A stretch of DNA of 64,000 nucleotides from Callorhinchus milii. Lineage: Eukaryota. Positions 22,546 through 34,393 of the stretch are shown piece after piece. Both the position numbers and the translations under genes were made by a program. Each line of letters begins with the position of its first letter. Position 1 is the stretch's first letter. The DNA lies in assembly GCF_018977255.1 (NCBI RefSeq), contig NW_024704742.1:40612001-40676000 (forward strand). Reading direction: 5' to 3'. The notes beneath the pieces are model-generated. The model made no database searches, was not told where the DNA came from, and saw only the letters and a list, made by a program, of their open reading frames with translations.

Positions 22546-24427
22546 ATAGGTTTGGTATATCCAGTTAACTGCTATTTTATGATCGTGCCCAGTGAACATG
22601 ATGATGTACATTGTTGTTATTATTCAAGGAGTATTATTATTATTACATTGGGGCTACTATTTACCCACTTCAGTGTCCACATACCGTCCCTGGCTACTAA
22701 TGCCAGGGGTGGTGTGAATTGTAACAGGAAGGCAAAATGTGTTGTTTTGTGGTAGGTATTAACAACCACCAGACTGAGATGACGTTATTGAATAATAACA
22801 ATAATAATCCTTGTATTTGGTACAGCATCAGAAGGACGTCTCAAAGCGCTTAAACAGGAATAAATTGTCAGGTTCGATAGAAAGATAGTAATGATAATCC
22901 TTGCAATTGAGTTTTATGTTTCCCCTTTTATTTTCTGTGTCTCCTCTCTGAACATTACTCTCCATACTTCCTAGCTCTGCAATGGGGGATTGTATCAGCT
23001 CTTGATGTATCCCACCTGTCCATTCTGTTGCATCCTCTAACCACATTGTTCTTTGGTTCATAGGCAAACGTATGTTATTCCTGTAATAACAAATTTAAAT
23101 ATTTTTCTCTGTTGTGTGTTAATGAAGCACTTTGAGACGTCTTGAAGACGTCTCAAAGACATGATATATCAAATGCAAGGATTATTATTATTAATTCTAG
23201 GATCCGCTATTAAGTCATGTTTTCCTGCCCAGAAAATGTGAAACCTTACCTCAGGGTTGAAGGTTCAATTTACACACTCGAGTTCTGTTGACTACAGAGC
23301 ATACTGCTTCTTGGAACCAGCTTGATTTTATTGTGGTATGGAAACTCATTTTGCTGTTAAATGACCCTTTTGCAATTGCTAGTGTCCATTTAATTTCTTT
23401 GTTCTTGCACCTGATGCTGTTAGACTAACCCAGTAAACTATTTTCTTTCTTTGCACTGTTTTCCCATTTTTTGAGCTTTTGTTAAATCTTGTCTGTATTT
23501 TCAATATTGCTTTGAATCTGTTCTGCCTTAGGAAGCAACATTGTATCACTGATGTCTCAGCATTTTTTCCCATTGATCTTGATTAGAGCTTGTACATTTT
23601 CCAGAAAAAAATAATAATATAATGACTGTACTATGCCTCATTTCTCCATTTTTTAAAATATTCATTAGTTTGTTATTTTGCTGCCATTGCTTTCATCCTT
23701 AAATTGTGGTAATACAGGAACTATGACTTATCACTGTTTAAGAAATGTAACATTTAATTAAGACACTTAGTAACTATTTTCTACATATGGTTAGCTTTTT
23801 TTGCAACTTTGTCATAACTTTAAATCTTTTTAGAAAAGTTTTTAATTTTTTTAGGGTAATTTCCTGGCTTTTATGGTAGGATCCACAGTGGTTGTGACAT
23901 TTGCAACAATACTCTGAAGATACTTGCCTGTGTACTCTAGATACATTGTTTTATTCTTAAAATCATAGTGTTTACCCTCAGTTACAAGTTACTATAATCC
24001 CATGTATCTGATTGAATCTGACTATGTTCTGATGGGAGTATAATTTAAGAGATAGTATATTACCAGCAAAGTCCAGTGGTGAATAAAAATTACAGTATCT
24101 ATGGCACTTGATAAAGCTGCAGTTTGATTATTGAGCCTTTTAGTTGTTTTTGCTTTTATACTGGAGCCAGCTACATTGTTTAGGAGTTACATATGGTTCT
24201 ATTAATGTGTATTTTCTATTAATTCTGAGTTTGTGACCTAAATTACTACAGTATTTTTGTTTGTTTGCAGCATTGGAAGCTACACGCTGGAATACGTTCT
24301 CTTTCCTCAAGGAAGAAATAGAACAGAGGAGATGGCTTAGTTCTGTGTTCTTCTTTTATATAATGCGAAATGAAAACTGTGTGAAAGCCAGAGCAGCGTG
24401 ATCAGCTTGATTGATTTTTTTTAAAAG

Positions 24428-24441
24428 ATGGCTTCAGCAGA
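24428..24441 (+). CDS. CC2D2A: CC2D2A candidate initiating segment MASA(D), in exon 24271-24441
   Basis: Acceptor ttgtttgcag ends 24270. ATG in strong context aagATGg; donor gtaagt at 24442. Phase 2 joins in frame to 26203. Confidence 0.6.
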
Positions 24442-24918
24442 GTAAGTATACCAACACTTCTCTTTTTTTTCTCACATTGCCTTCCAGAGTTAATTCTAGT
24501 AATAATAATAAATCTTCCATTTGATATAGCACCTTGTCACGTTGTGCTTCACAGAATATACTGTAAAGTAAATTGACTGTATGTTGTGTGGGCGAAAGTA
24601 AGGTTGTGTGAATATCCATGTCAAATGTACATGAGCTGTGCTTGCAGTTGTCATCCACATATGCCTTATTTTCTCCATGTCCGTTGGCTTATTCCGTGTG
24701 GTTTTATTGCTAACACTGAGAGTGATCACACGTGACACACATACACACCATTGATCCCAGGAACAGGATCTCATACTAGCATCTTTCCATCCACAATAAG
24801 GAACACTGTAACATTACCTCCCTATAGTCCATAAACACTGATCTGTTCTGTTAGCTTTGACTGATGAGAACTGATCTTGACACTGAAGTACATATGGTTA
24901 TTTGTTGAAGGGATAACC

Positions 24919-25335
24919 CAGCAATATGAGGACAACTCAACACTTGAGATACGTTAACCATAACCTCATACAGTATATCCAATTCAAAGTATTTTCTTTG
25001 CTGAAGTGAGAGAATTATTATGGTTTATATAACATTATTAAAAAACGGCCTCCTATAAAAAATGGTTTGGTCTGTGTATGTGTGGCCCTGGGAAACACAG
25101 TAAAAGAACATGTCTTTTGAGAAATATCCAACTCATTCATAATAATATGTCATGCTGTGTTCTTGGCTCTCGGGGTCCTTAATCTTCATAGTTTTTCACT
25201 TACCTAACTTGCCACATTCAGAAATTCAGTAATTCAGAAAGTTCTCACTTCAGCTAAGAAAATACTTTGAATTGGATATACTGTATGAGGTTATAGTGAA
25301 CTTATCACAAGTGTTGAGTTGTCCTCATATTGCTG
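24919..25335. mobile_element. MITE / non-autonomous DNA transposon with 93-bp TIRs
   Basis: 24919-25011 is the reverse complement of 25243-25335 with 5 mismatches; flanked by the direct repeat GATAACC. Confidence 0.85.
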
Positions 25336-25539
25336 GATAACCACTTTAACAAATAACAAATGCTCTTATGGACTTGAACAGCATTCAATATGCTACCAAA
25401 TTTCTGTGCTTTTTTTCCAAAATTCCTTACGTTATTTTCTTTTTGGTCAGTGAGCCACTGCCTTTTTTTTTTGGACTGTCCCATGTGGAAACTCATCACA
25501 ATGCTTCAGAGTATCGAAATTAGACAGGGTTATATTTAG

Positions 25540-26005
25540 GTGTACCACCTACATGTGGAAATTTCTCTGTGCAGTGGAATGCTTATTCGCTCGCTGGAGG
25601 ACCCATATCCAAAACCTGCTTACTCAATTCTGAAAACAATTAGACGCAGGTTGACAAGCACCAAGGCTTGGGGTACTGCTGTGTTTAACAAACTAAAAAC
25701 TGCACAGCTTGTCACAGGGAGCACTGTTTACAAGCTTTCTGCTGCTTGTCCAACTAGGACCATCCTACTAGTTAGGGCTTTAGCTTCCAGGGTGAACGGG
25801 AGCCGAATGGGAAGAATCCCGTGACCGGTCTTCTCTTCAAATGCTGCCGATGTGCTAGGCTGGCTGGTCATCAGTAGTGCCTTGGAGGACTGCGGACGTA
25901 GAGGGCTCAGAAACTGGATTACCATCACCATCACATCAATTGAATTGGTTCTCCCGTTCCATTGCCAATCTTCCATGGAGCCAGTTCAGCCTCAAGGAGA
26001 TCCCC
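25540..26005 (-). repeat. Family U copy
   Basis: cacctacatgtggaaatttctctgt...tggagccagttcagcctcaaggaga. Confidence 0.75.
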
Positions 26006-26202
26006 TGCCTCTTTTTCTTCTAGTGTTATTCCTTATTTATGCCATTGAATTACTGACTCAAACATTAGTTAAATGTTTATCAAACTGTTCATAGTCTTAA
26101 ATTTGCTCTAGAAAGAAGGTTGGCCTTGAAGTTGCTTTCATGAGGGATGGAGTGGAACAGTATTTTTACAATATTTATTTACAAATGTACTGTTTCTTCC
26201 AG

Positions 26203-26284
26203 TAATCTCCGCAAGAAGATTAAAAGTAAACGCAAGGTACTGCAAGAATCTCTAACCGGAAGTCGAGATGTCACAGACACTCAG
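26203..26284 (+). CDS. CC2D2A: CC2D2A exon NLRKKIKSKRKVLQESLTGSRDVTDTQ
   Basis: tttcttccag| ... cag|gtacgt; open frame, phase 2 to 0. Confidence 0.7.
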
Positions 26285-26686
26285 GTACGTAGAAATATCC
26301 ATCAATTTGGCTCTATGTCTCAGGAATCGATCTCCCTAGATTTCCACAGAGTTGATCGATTCTGATATTCTGTTGCCAAGTATGTCACCTTGGAGCCAGT
26401 TCAGCTCCAGGGAGACCCTGAGAATCGTTACTAGTTACTTGACATCCCACAAGTGCAGGATCGAGCTTTCACCAGATGGCAGGTACCTGGTTTGATGGGG
26501 TTCTATTCTAGTGACATTTGGAGTGAGGATGCTTCACAGCTTTTTACATTAGTTAAACTGTCCTTCCCTTCTGGCTGAGAGAGGACCATATGCAGTCAGC
26601 CAGGCCCAGAAAGCTCAAGAGAATAAAGTAAGGAATGCAGTTCCATAAAAGGGAAACTATTTAATACGTATTGTTTTAATTGTCAG

Positions 26687-26746
26687 GCTTTGGTCGATGC
26701 AGAACTGGGAAACAGTAAAGGATATGAGCAAGCTACAGTGGTGGAG
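26687..26746 (+). CDS. CC2D2A: CC2D2A candidate exon ALVDAELGNSKGYEQATVVE
   Basis: tgtcag| ... gag|gtttgt; 60 nt, phase 0 to 0; weak homology. Confidence 0.55.
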
Positions 26747-27519
26747 GTTTGTACTTCTTCTGTTGGTTTATTTTCTCCTTTGAATTTCGAGAATCGACAC
26801 ACACTCATTTCTGTTCTGCTTTTCAACTTGATTTATTTCTGTTTTGTCTCTGACTAATGCCCTTTGAGTAGTGGACAGTTGCATTGGCAAATGCTTCCAG
26901 TCGCAAACATTCACCTTAGACAGTGGGAAGACAGCATTTCTTTGACACTGTCTTGAACGTCCACAACTAGAGCAAAAGGGGAAACAATAAAAGGAATATT
27001 TGTGCTCTTTATCAATATTTTTTATAACCAAAATGAAACTATGTAAGCAATTCTGGTGCTGTAGAATCAATTGAGTCAGCATATTAGTAATGGATTTTAC
27101 GGATTTTCCTAGGAGACTAAGAAACAGCTGATGAATAGATAACTTTTGGCAATACTCATCACTCCGCAACTTTTAACAGTTTATAAAATTCTGTTGTGTC
27201 TCCTCCAATCTTTCTTTCTCAATCTTTTCCATTGTGGAGGAGTCTTTACTCCAATGTTTCTGATGTACATTTGCCTAGGGATTTAAACTCGAGAAAGGGT
27301 TTTCCAGATGGGATTTTGTTTCTTGGTAGTTTAAAATTGTGCTGTGTATATACAAAGGGACTCCAATCTATTCTGTGTGTAAATGAGTTGTGCATGATGA
27401 CTTCTCTAGAGAAAAAAGGCTTGACCTATCCAGGCTCTTCCAATAGCAGTAACCTGCCAGCCCTGGTAAAATCCTTGGAGGTGGGGAGCTAAAGAGGCGA
27501 TCAGGATGGGTGGAAGCTT

Positions 27520-28035
27520 TTTTTTGGTCAGCCGGGTGTTTGACATATGCGGAAACCCATCACCATGCTTAAGAGTATCCAAACCAAGTGTAAGTTTTCC
27601 ATGCATCTCACCTACACGTGGAAATTGTTGGAATGGAATGCACACTCTCCCTCTGGAGGGTCAATTCCTGCTTACCTAATTCCAAAATGTATTAGGTGCA
27701 GATTGACAAGAGTCAAGGCTTAGGGGCCACGGAGTGTGCATTGGGGTAATGCGAGAGTCTAACCAGCTAAAACAACACAGCTTGCCATTGATATTGTAGT
27801 CTGGCAAACTTCCCCGCTGCTTGTTTAGCTAGGACAGCACCCTACCCATTAGGCCTTTGGCTTGCAGTTGCCTGGAGTACTGCAGACCCGCCTGGTTTAG
27901 GAACTGGACTACTGAGGTTGGCACAGAGAGTTGGCTTGATTCTGACATTCCGTTGCTAGGCATGTCACTTTGGAGACCCCACTTTCCTTCTCTTTCCCCC
28001 CGCCCCCCCACCCCCACCACCCAAGGAGGATAGGG
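27520..28035 (-). repeat. Family U copy
   Basis: (t)n-ggtcagccgggtgtttgacatatgcggaaacccatcaccatgcttaagagtatccaaacc. Confidence 0.75.
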
Positions 28036-28761
28036 GTAGAATCTCATGAGGAATATAAACAGTTGGGCAATTGGCCTTTTTTGGTGCTGAAATTGAATCT
28101 ACACCCATTATGCACTCCATTCTACCCTTTTAACCTCATGGGGAAAGCTTTGCACAGACCTAACCCCCAAAATAACTAAATAAAGTCCATTTGTCTTCCT
28201 TCACATCTTCTCTCCAAGCAACAAGCCTGCTTTTCCTCCATGAGCAAAACCTACTCACAAACCCAGCAGCACAATCAATGGTCTTATAATGAGTATTTAA
28301 TCATCTCAGTCTAGCTCTTCCTATGACTAGCAATGTTCCCAGTTGGATACTTATTTGGTATTTTTTTGAAGGAGCAAATTAAACCAGCATGACATTGCGA
28401 TATGGTAACCATTAAACAAGATGTGCTGACAATACCCAGACTACGTTAAAATGTTGTGGCTGAAAAACTTTCAAACTTTATCAGAGACATTATGCTCCTA
28501 CGTCACATGGGTGTTTATTTGTGTGTGTGTGTATACTGAGTACAGTGCATTTCTAGTAGTAAATGTTAACTTGCGAATCTTAATTTTCAGACACTTCAAA
28601 AGTGTATGGGAATGCTGAATGCTTTCAGTACCAGACTGTTTGTTGGCCTATAAATCTGAACTTACAGTTGTGCAGCTTTCAGAGTTTATCGGTTAAAACA
28701 ACAAGATTTCATTTATAGAGTGCCTTACAGTATACAGTACTAAATTGTTGATTTTCTGCAG

Positions 28762-28839
28762 GTGATTCAGAATGAGGAGGAGCAGGTAGAGAACCTCAAG
28801 CAAACCCTGAAAATCCAAAGACAAAGGAGGAAAAAGCCA
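28762..28839 (+). CDS. CC2D2A: CC2D2A exon VIQNEEEQVENLKQTLKIQRQRRKKP
   Basis: ttctgcag| ... cca|gtatgt; 78 nt; resembles recalled human FIENDED...RRQPRKKQ. Confidence 0.75.
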
Positions 28840-29222
28840 GTATGTTTTCACTGTCCATTTATTGGGTGTATATCTCTTTGTACTTTGCAGTAGTTGAAAA
28901 GTTTTATAATTGGACCTCTTCCCTCTTTTCCTTTTCTTTTGGAGGAAAGTTATGCTTAGTCTTTGAGATGCACAGTAAGATGCTTGGGCAACATAAACAG
29001 TATAAGCCATAATACCTTCCTGAATCTGTTTGTGTGGATATTATATTTTCTATATATTCTTATGTAAAACTATACAGGTTACTGTTTTTTGTTTTCACTT
29101 GAATTCCCATTACATTTGTTGTCACACTTTAACACGTTCTCAAAGAGTTTCTTAAAGTACTTGTACTGCACTTTAAACTTGTATGCAGCTTTTTGTCCAC
29201 TAACTTGCTCTGTTATTTTCAG

Positions 29223-29295
29223 CTGATGGAGGAAGCAGCTGACTGGTATCCTGAAGAGTCTGTAGAGCAAAATGGCACCTTTACTGAACAAAGAG
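29223..29295 (+). CDS. CC2D2A: CC2D2A exon LMEEAADWYPEESVEQNGTFTEQR
   Basis: ttttcag| ... g|gtaagt; phase 0 to 1, which the next exon requires. Confidence 0.75.
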
Positions 29296-30072
29296 GTAAG
29301 TTGCCCTGCTCCCTCCCGCGTCCAACATTTGTGTTCCAGGATATCTTCTGTTCCTCACTGATGTTGCATCAGAACAGCTCTCCATAAGTTGGGGTTTGCC
29401 TTTCATTTAACCATTTTCAGCATAACTTTGTATTTTTAATGAGGATATTTTAGTCTAAAATACTCCCTAAGCTGCAATTGGAAAGTTTTATTGTTGAGAT
29501 GTTTGCAGTCGTAGACAATTTTTGCACCTCCTATGCCTCGCTCATGGTGTACAAGGTACACCTTGAGACAAACCGTAAAGACTTGAGGCTTTATATAGCA
29601 GAAACTTTGGAGTCTACTCTTTAAAATCATAGTTCTGGCACCTCTCCTCTGCCTGAAACAACATGGATCTACCTACTTATAAATATCACACGTGTGCAGT
29701 GACTAGTCGCCGGGTCAGAGTGCCATCTTTCAGACAAGCTTCAAAGTTCACCCTGACTAAGAAAAAAAACATCAGCTTAGGATTTTTAAATGTATATTGC
29801 TTTCAAATTCGCAAGTTCATGAGTGCTCATTTTGCAAGAATTAATTTTAGTAGTGGACTTGGATTGGAATATTAACTATCTGTGGTTCAGGTGTGTGTGA
29901 GACGCTCTGAGATTCTACCCGCGTGGAGGGCAATATATAAGTGCAACTTGTGTGTGTACGTGTAGGTATACAGAACTGGTGCAAGTTCAGGATTGTTTGT
30001 GGTGAAGTGAGGCTTCCCCTTGCTTACATTTATCTCCTGATTAATAACTGTGTTTAATTATGTTTTCTTCAG

Positions 30073-30164
30073 TCCTTCCTCCTCTACTTGCATCTACTCC
30101 GAGGACAAGCTTTGCTGAATACTCCATGCGAGAAAAAGTGAGGGAGAAAATGAAAGCTGCAAGG
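30073..30164 (+). CDS. CC2D2A: CC2D2A exon LPPLLASTPRTSFAEYSMREKVREKMKAAR
   Basis: Matches recalled [31 protein letters not shown]/GT boundaries. Confidence 0.9.
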
Positions 30165-30204
30165 GTAAGGACCATTTGTTGGGGGAGAACTGTGCAGCCG
30201 ATTA

Positions 30205-30772
30205 CTTGGAGCGCTAGTGGTAGCACTCTCTTTTCTGAGTTAGAACATTGAGATTCAAGACTCACGCGGTGACTTTAAATCTGGATAGTCTGTACTGACA
30301 CCCCGATGTGTGTGTGCTGCATTGCTGGAAGTGCTATCGTTTGGATGAGATGTTAAACTGAGATCCCATCAATATATTCAGGTGGAGGTTAAATATCCCA
30401 TGGCACTACAATAATAATAATCCTTGCATTTGATATAGCGTTTTTCACGTCGGGAGGACGTCCCAAAGCGCTTTACTGAACACACTGTAAAGTGAATTAA
30501 CTGTATATTTGTGGGCGAACGCGGCAGCCAATTGCGCACAGCAATGTCCCACAAACAGTCGTAGATTGAAAATGACCAATTTTATTATTGTTTTTGGTTT
30601 TGGAGGGATTATTATTAGGCTGTGTGGAGTAAGGAAACTTGCCCAAGGTTTCACCCTCTGCCTGGAATTGAACTCGGGTCTCTCACTTGCAAAGCGAGTG
30701 CTCTAACCACTGAGCTACAGGACTCCACTATTTGAAAAGAGAAAGGAGTTTCTCCCCATGTATTGGTCAACA
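30205..30772 (+). mobile_element. Old Deu-domain SINE split by a young SINE
   Basis: cccatggcacta|...|tatttgaaaagagaaaggagtttctccc rejoins across the insert. Confidence 0.8.
30410..30728 (-). mobile_element. tRNA-Ala-derived SINE, young short subfamily, full length
   Basis: On the minus strand: A box TAGCTCAGTGG, ctcgcttTGCaagtgag anticodon-like arm, B box GAGTTCAATTCC, (TTA)n tail. Confidence 0.92.
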
Positions 30773-31058
30773 GGATGAATGAATGAGTGATCTCATTCCC
30801 CTGAACCGGCTGATGAGATCTCAATTTAACGTCTCATCTGAAGGACGAAATCTCGACAATGCATTGTTCCGAGGCCTGCAGCTATCAGCTTGGACTATGA
30901 GCTCAAAGTTGTTCAGTGTTTTTTTTATTAAGAGCTGATTGTACATCTGTATTTACACTTTTATGTAATAACATTTTTAAAATGCACGATTGATAGTTTT
31001 TTGTGTATAACTTGCCTTGAAGAATTAACATTCCTAGTTTTCGTTTGACATTATTTAG

Positions 31059-31160
31059 TCTAAAGCAGAGACTGCTATTCAGCAAGAGGAAGCCAGTGTA
31101 TTTCCACAACGCCTGACCAGTCTCCGTGATCAAGAGCCACTCACGAGACTTGACACAAAA
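31059..31160 (+). CDS. CC2D2A: CC2D2A exon SKAETAIQQE...LTRLDTK
   Basis: ttatttag| ... aaa|gtgaga; 102 nt; matches SKAESALLQE. Confidence 0.88.
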
Positions 31161-31796
31161 GTGAGAAAATATCTAATGATTTTTTTTCAGTCTGTAACTA
31201 ATGTTTGCCCATTTTAGTGGCATTTTATGATTATTGACGCTCATTTCTGAGTTCTTAAGTGCACAAATCGGCTACCGCATCTGCCTGCAAACATAGAATT
31301 ACTGTACTTGACAGCCATTCCCTGTGAAGCACTTTTCAACTATAGGCACTATATCAATTTCAATTATCATTAGTAACTGCCTTATGTACCTAAAGGGCTG
31401 CTCTAGTCTCCTGTTCTGTCAATACAATTGAGGCCCCGTATTTATAAAAGAATGTTTTACATTTATTTATGCTATTGTTGGCTTCTCATTGATAACAGCT
31501 GGATTTGAACCCCGAGTTGGGAGTTTGAGCTGACGCTCCAGTGCGCTGCAGAAGAAGTGCTGTATTGTCAGAGATGTGGTCCTTTGGGTGAGACATTAAA
31601 TTGCCATCCTGTTTGGATGAATGTTAATGATCACTATTCAAAAAGAGAAGGGAGTTTTCTTCCGATGTCCTGGCCAGCAATCCCCCAATTAACAAATGTT
31701 CCAGTCTACAAATGTTCCAAATCTCCATTTGGAAAGGGCATTCTCCAAATTTAAAACAAGCAAATAAAAACTTAATGAATAGTTATAATAATATAA

Positions 31797-32118
31797 TAAG
31801 ACATCTCAAAGTCCTTCACAGAATATACTGTAAAGTAAATTGACTATATATTTTGTGGGCGAAACGCCAATTGCGCACAGCAGTGTCCCACAAACAGTCA
31901 TGGATTGCAGTGTCCAATTTACTATTTTTTTNGAAGGAATAATTACCCCAGGAAAAGCGATTCCTCCAATCGACTAACAACCGGGTTTCCACTTACTGCT
32001 AGGTAAACAGAGGCATGTAAAGTAAGGAAACTTGCCCAACGTTTTGCCCTGTAAGGAATCGAACCCCGGTCCTCTCGCTTGCAAGGCGAGTGCTCTAACT
32101 ACTGAGCTACAGGACTCC
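31797..32118 (-). mobile_element. tRNA SINE, long subfamily
   Basis: Reverse head ...actgagctacaggactcc with B box GGTTCGATTCC. Confidence 0.88.
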
Positions 32119-32267
32119 TAATTAAACTATCAATGTGATAAGGTCTATATCAAATGCAAGAGTATCATAGACATTTGTTTAATATACAAAGACCTTGGAT
32201 TTTTGTGTAATAACCTACAGATGGCTTCCTTTCCTGCAATGCTGTAATGCATTTCTGTTTTAAACAG

Positions 32268-32372
32268 ACAGATGAAGAGGATTTGAAGAGACCAAGAGAT
32301 GCTGGATCTCCCCTTCCCTCTTCCAGAGTGAGGTTTCGTGAAGCAGCGAATAAGATAAAGCAGAAACCGCAG
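32268..32372 (+). CDS. CC2D2A: CC2D2A exon TDEEDLK...SRVRFREAANKIKQKPQ
   Basis: aaacag| ... cag|gtaaaa; matches SRVKFHDSARKIKPKPQ. Confidence 0.9.
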
Positions 32373-32959
32373 GTAAAAGAAATTGAAATTAGTTTGCTGA
32401 TATTTCTCTTTAAATCAAAATTACAATATGTTCAGTTTGTGTGAATCTATAACTAGAATCCTCACAATAATAATCCTTTCATTTGATACGGTGCCTTATG
32501 TGGTCGAGACGTCTCAAAATGTGTTTCAGGATATATTAAGTGGTGTGACTGTGTATATTTTGTGGGCGAACTGAACATTCCTCAGAGCTTCAAGCTGTTT
32601 CTTGAATGAGCCTCAAGACAACTTGTTAAATTCTCCGGTGAACGAGTGTGGAAACCCAGGATATAGCGTTCACTCTTCTGGTCAATTTGAATCAACATAT
32701 TATCAACTTGTGCGCTGCAGTGTTAGAAGTATCCTCTTTTCCCTCCATTCTCCTCTTCCTTTAATACATTCAGATAGGATGATCTTACCACTTCCTTAGG
32801 AAATTAGGAACATTTGATCCATTGGATCTACTCAGCCACAGACCATTCCATAGGCCGTACATTGACAAATCTTCTCTAATCCCAACATTCCACTATATCC
32901 CTTAATATTTTTACTCCCCAAGTGTTGGTTCAATGTATGCAGGCATCTGTATGTCAAAG

Positions 32960-33510
32960 CAGGTTGGAATTAAGTTGACCCTCTGTGGCAGTCTTAGGTG
33001 GATCTATATTTATACCGGCTCGCTGTTGATGACAGCCCAGAGAACCTGGCCCAGCGGGAAGACTTGAAAGGGAAACCCTGTCAAAGCACAGGGATTCTTC
33101 CTACTCAGCTCTTATTAACCCTGCAAGCCAAAGTCCTGGACAAGCAATGGGAGCCGTGCCAGACAGTGCTTTTCATTGCAAGTTACACGGTTTTAGCTGG
33201 TTACTCCAGTGTTACACCGATTTGCATTCAGGAGGGCCCGAGCCTTGACTCTTCCCATCCGGCACCTAACACTCTCTGAAATTGGGCAAGCAGGGTGTAT
33301 TTCTTTGAGGTACAGGCACGATGGGCCGAATGGCCCCCTTCTGTGCTGTAATATTGCATGATGGGGGGAGAGTACACATTCCATTCCAGACACAGAGAAA
33401 TTTCCACGCGTGGGTGGCATTACAAATGCGGTAATCTGTCTGGTTTGGATACTCTTAAGCATGGTAATGAGATTCCACATGTGTTGGACACCTGGTTAAC
33501 CAAAAATAAA
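32960..33510 (+). repeat. Family U copy with a CR1 tail fragment at about 33300-33360
   Basis: ttggatactcttaagcatggtaatgag...ggttaaccaaaaataaa. Confidence 0.72.
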
Positions 33511-33779
33511 CTGTGCTATAACATACAGCAGGAAGAACTCACAAATTATTTGTGTTGTGATATCACTGGGGGAAAAAAGATTTTGTGCCTTTGAACCATA
33601 AGGAAATTACATCTAATTTGCCCAGGTTTGCATTCAATCCAGAGCAGCAATATAAATCCACCTTTCACTTTTGTAAAGATATTAGTTGGGAGGAGGGTTT
33701 GAGTTATTGAAATCTACTGCGCTAGTGGATCTTTTGTCCCTGCAGTCCTACACTTGGGAGAACAAAGACTACAAGCCTC

Positions 33780-34140
33780 AACAACAACAAATACCAACAA
33801 ATTACATTTGTTGAGCGCCTTTCACATCGAGAGAATGTCCCAAGGCACTGGATAGTCAAGGATTTGGACCCGAGCTGGGGGGTCGGGTTTGGGGGGTTGG
33901 GTTGGGGTAGGAGGATGATGAAGGTCAGTGGAAGAGGAGGGTCCTAAGTCATGCCTTGAAGGAGACAAGAGAGGGGAGGGGACGAAGCAAAGTGCCTGGG
34001 GGATGGAGTTCCAAAGAGTTGGGGCAGAAAGGCTGAAGGCCCGACCGCGGATGTGAGGCAGCCCGGCGGGGGATGTGGGACAGGCTGGAGCCTGCTGAGT
34101 GGAGGGAGCAGACAGGTCTGTATGGAATTAGTAGGTCACA
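33780..34140 (-). mobile_element. L2 3' end
   Basis: (caa)n...ttacatttg...gcgcctttcac tail; ggatggagttccaaagagttggggc. Confidence 0.75.
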
Positions 34141-34198
34141 GAATAGCAAGCTTCCAGGTAAAAACATTTGAGATGACAATTTGGTAATGCCGTTACAG

Positions 34199-34393
34199 AC
34201 TACTACAGACTGTCCTACTGCTGAAGAGGCCTACAATTTCTTCACTTTCAATTTTGACCCTGAGCCTGAGTCCGAGCCCGAGGAGATACAGGAAGAGTCC
34301 GAACAAGAGAAAAGGCCTGAAACTAGTCAAGAGGCTGAACTGCAAGAGGATGGAGAGGAAGAGGAGGCGGTTGAGGAGGAGGAAGAGGGACAG
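34199..34393 (+). CDS. CC2D2A: CC2D2A exon ...PTAEEAYNFFTFNFDPEP plus Glu-rich tract
   Basis: Hallmark AEEAYNFFTFNFDPEP; ttacag| ... cag|gtaaaa; 195 nt. Confidence 0.95.

Noticed and set aside
28591..28603. Possible micro-exon (ttttcag|acacttcaaaagt|gtatgg)
   Set aside because: 13 nt would break the phase-0 frame between flanking exons.
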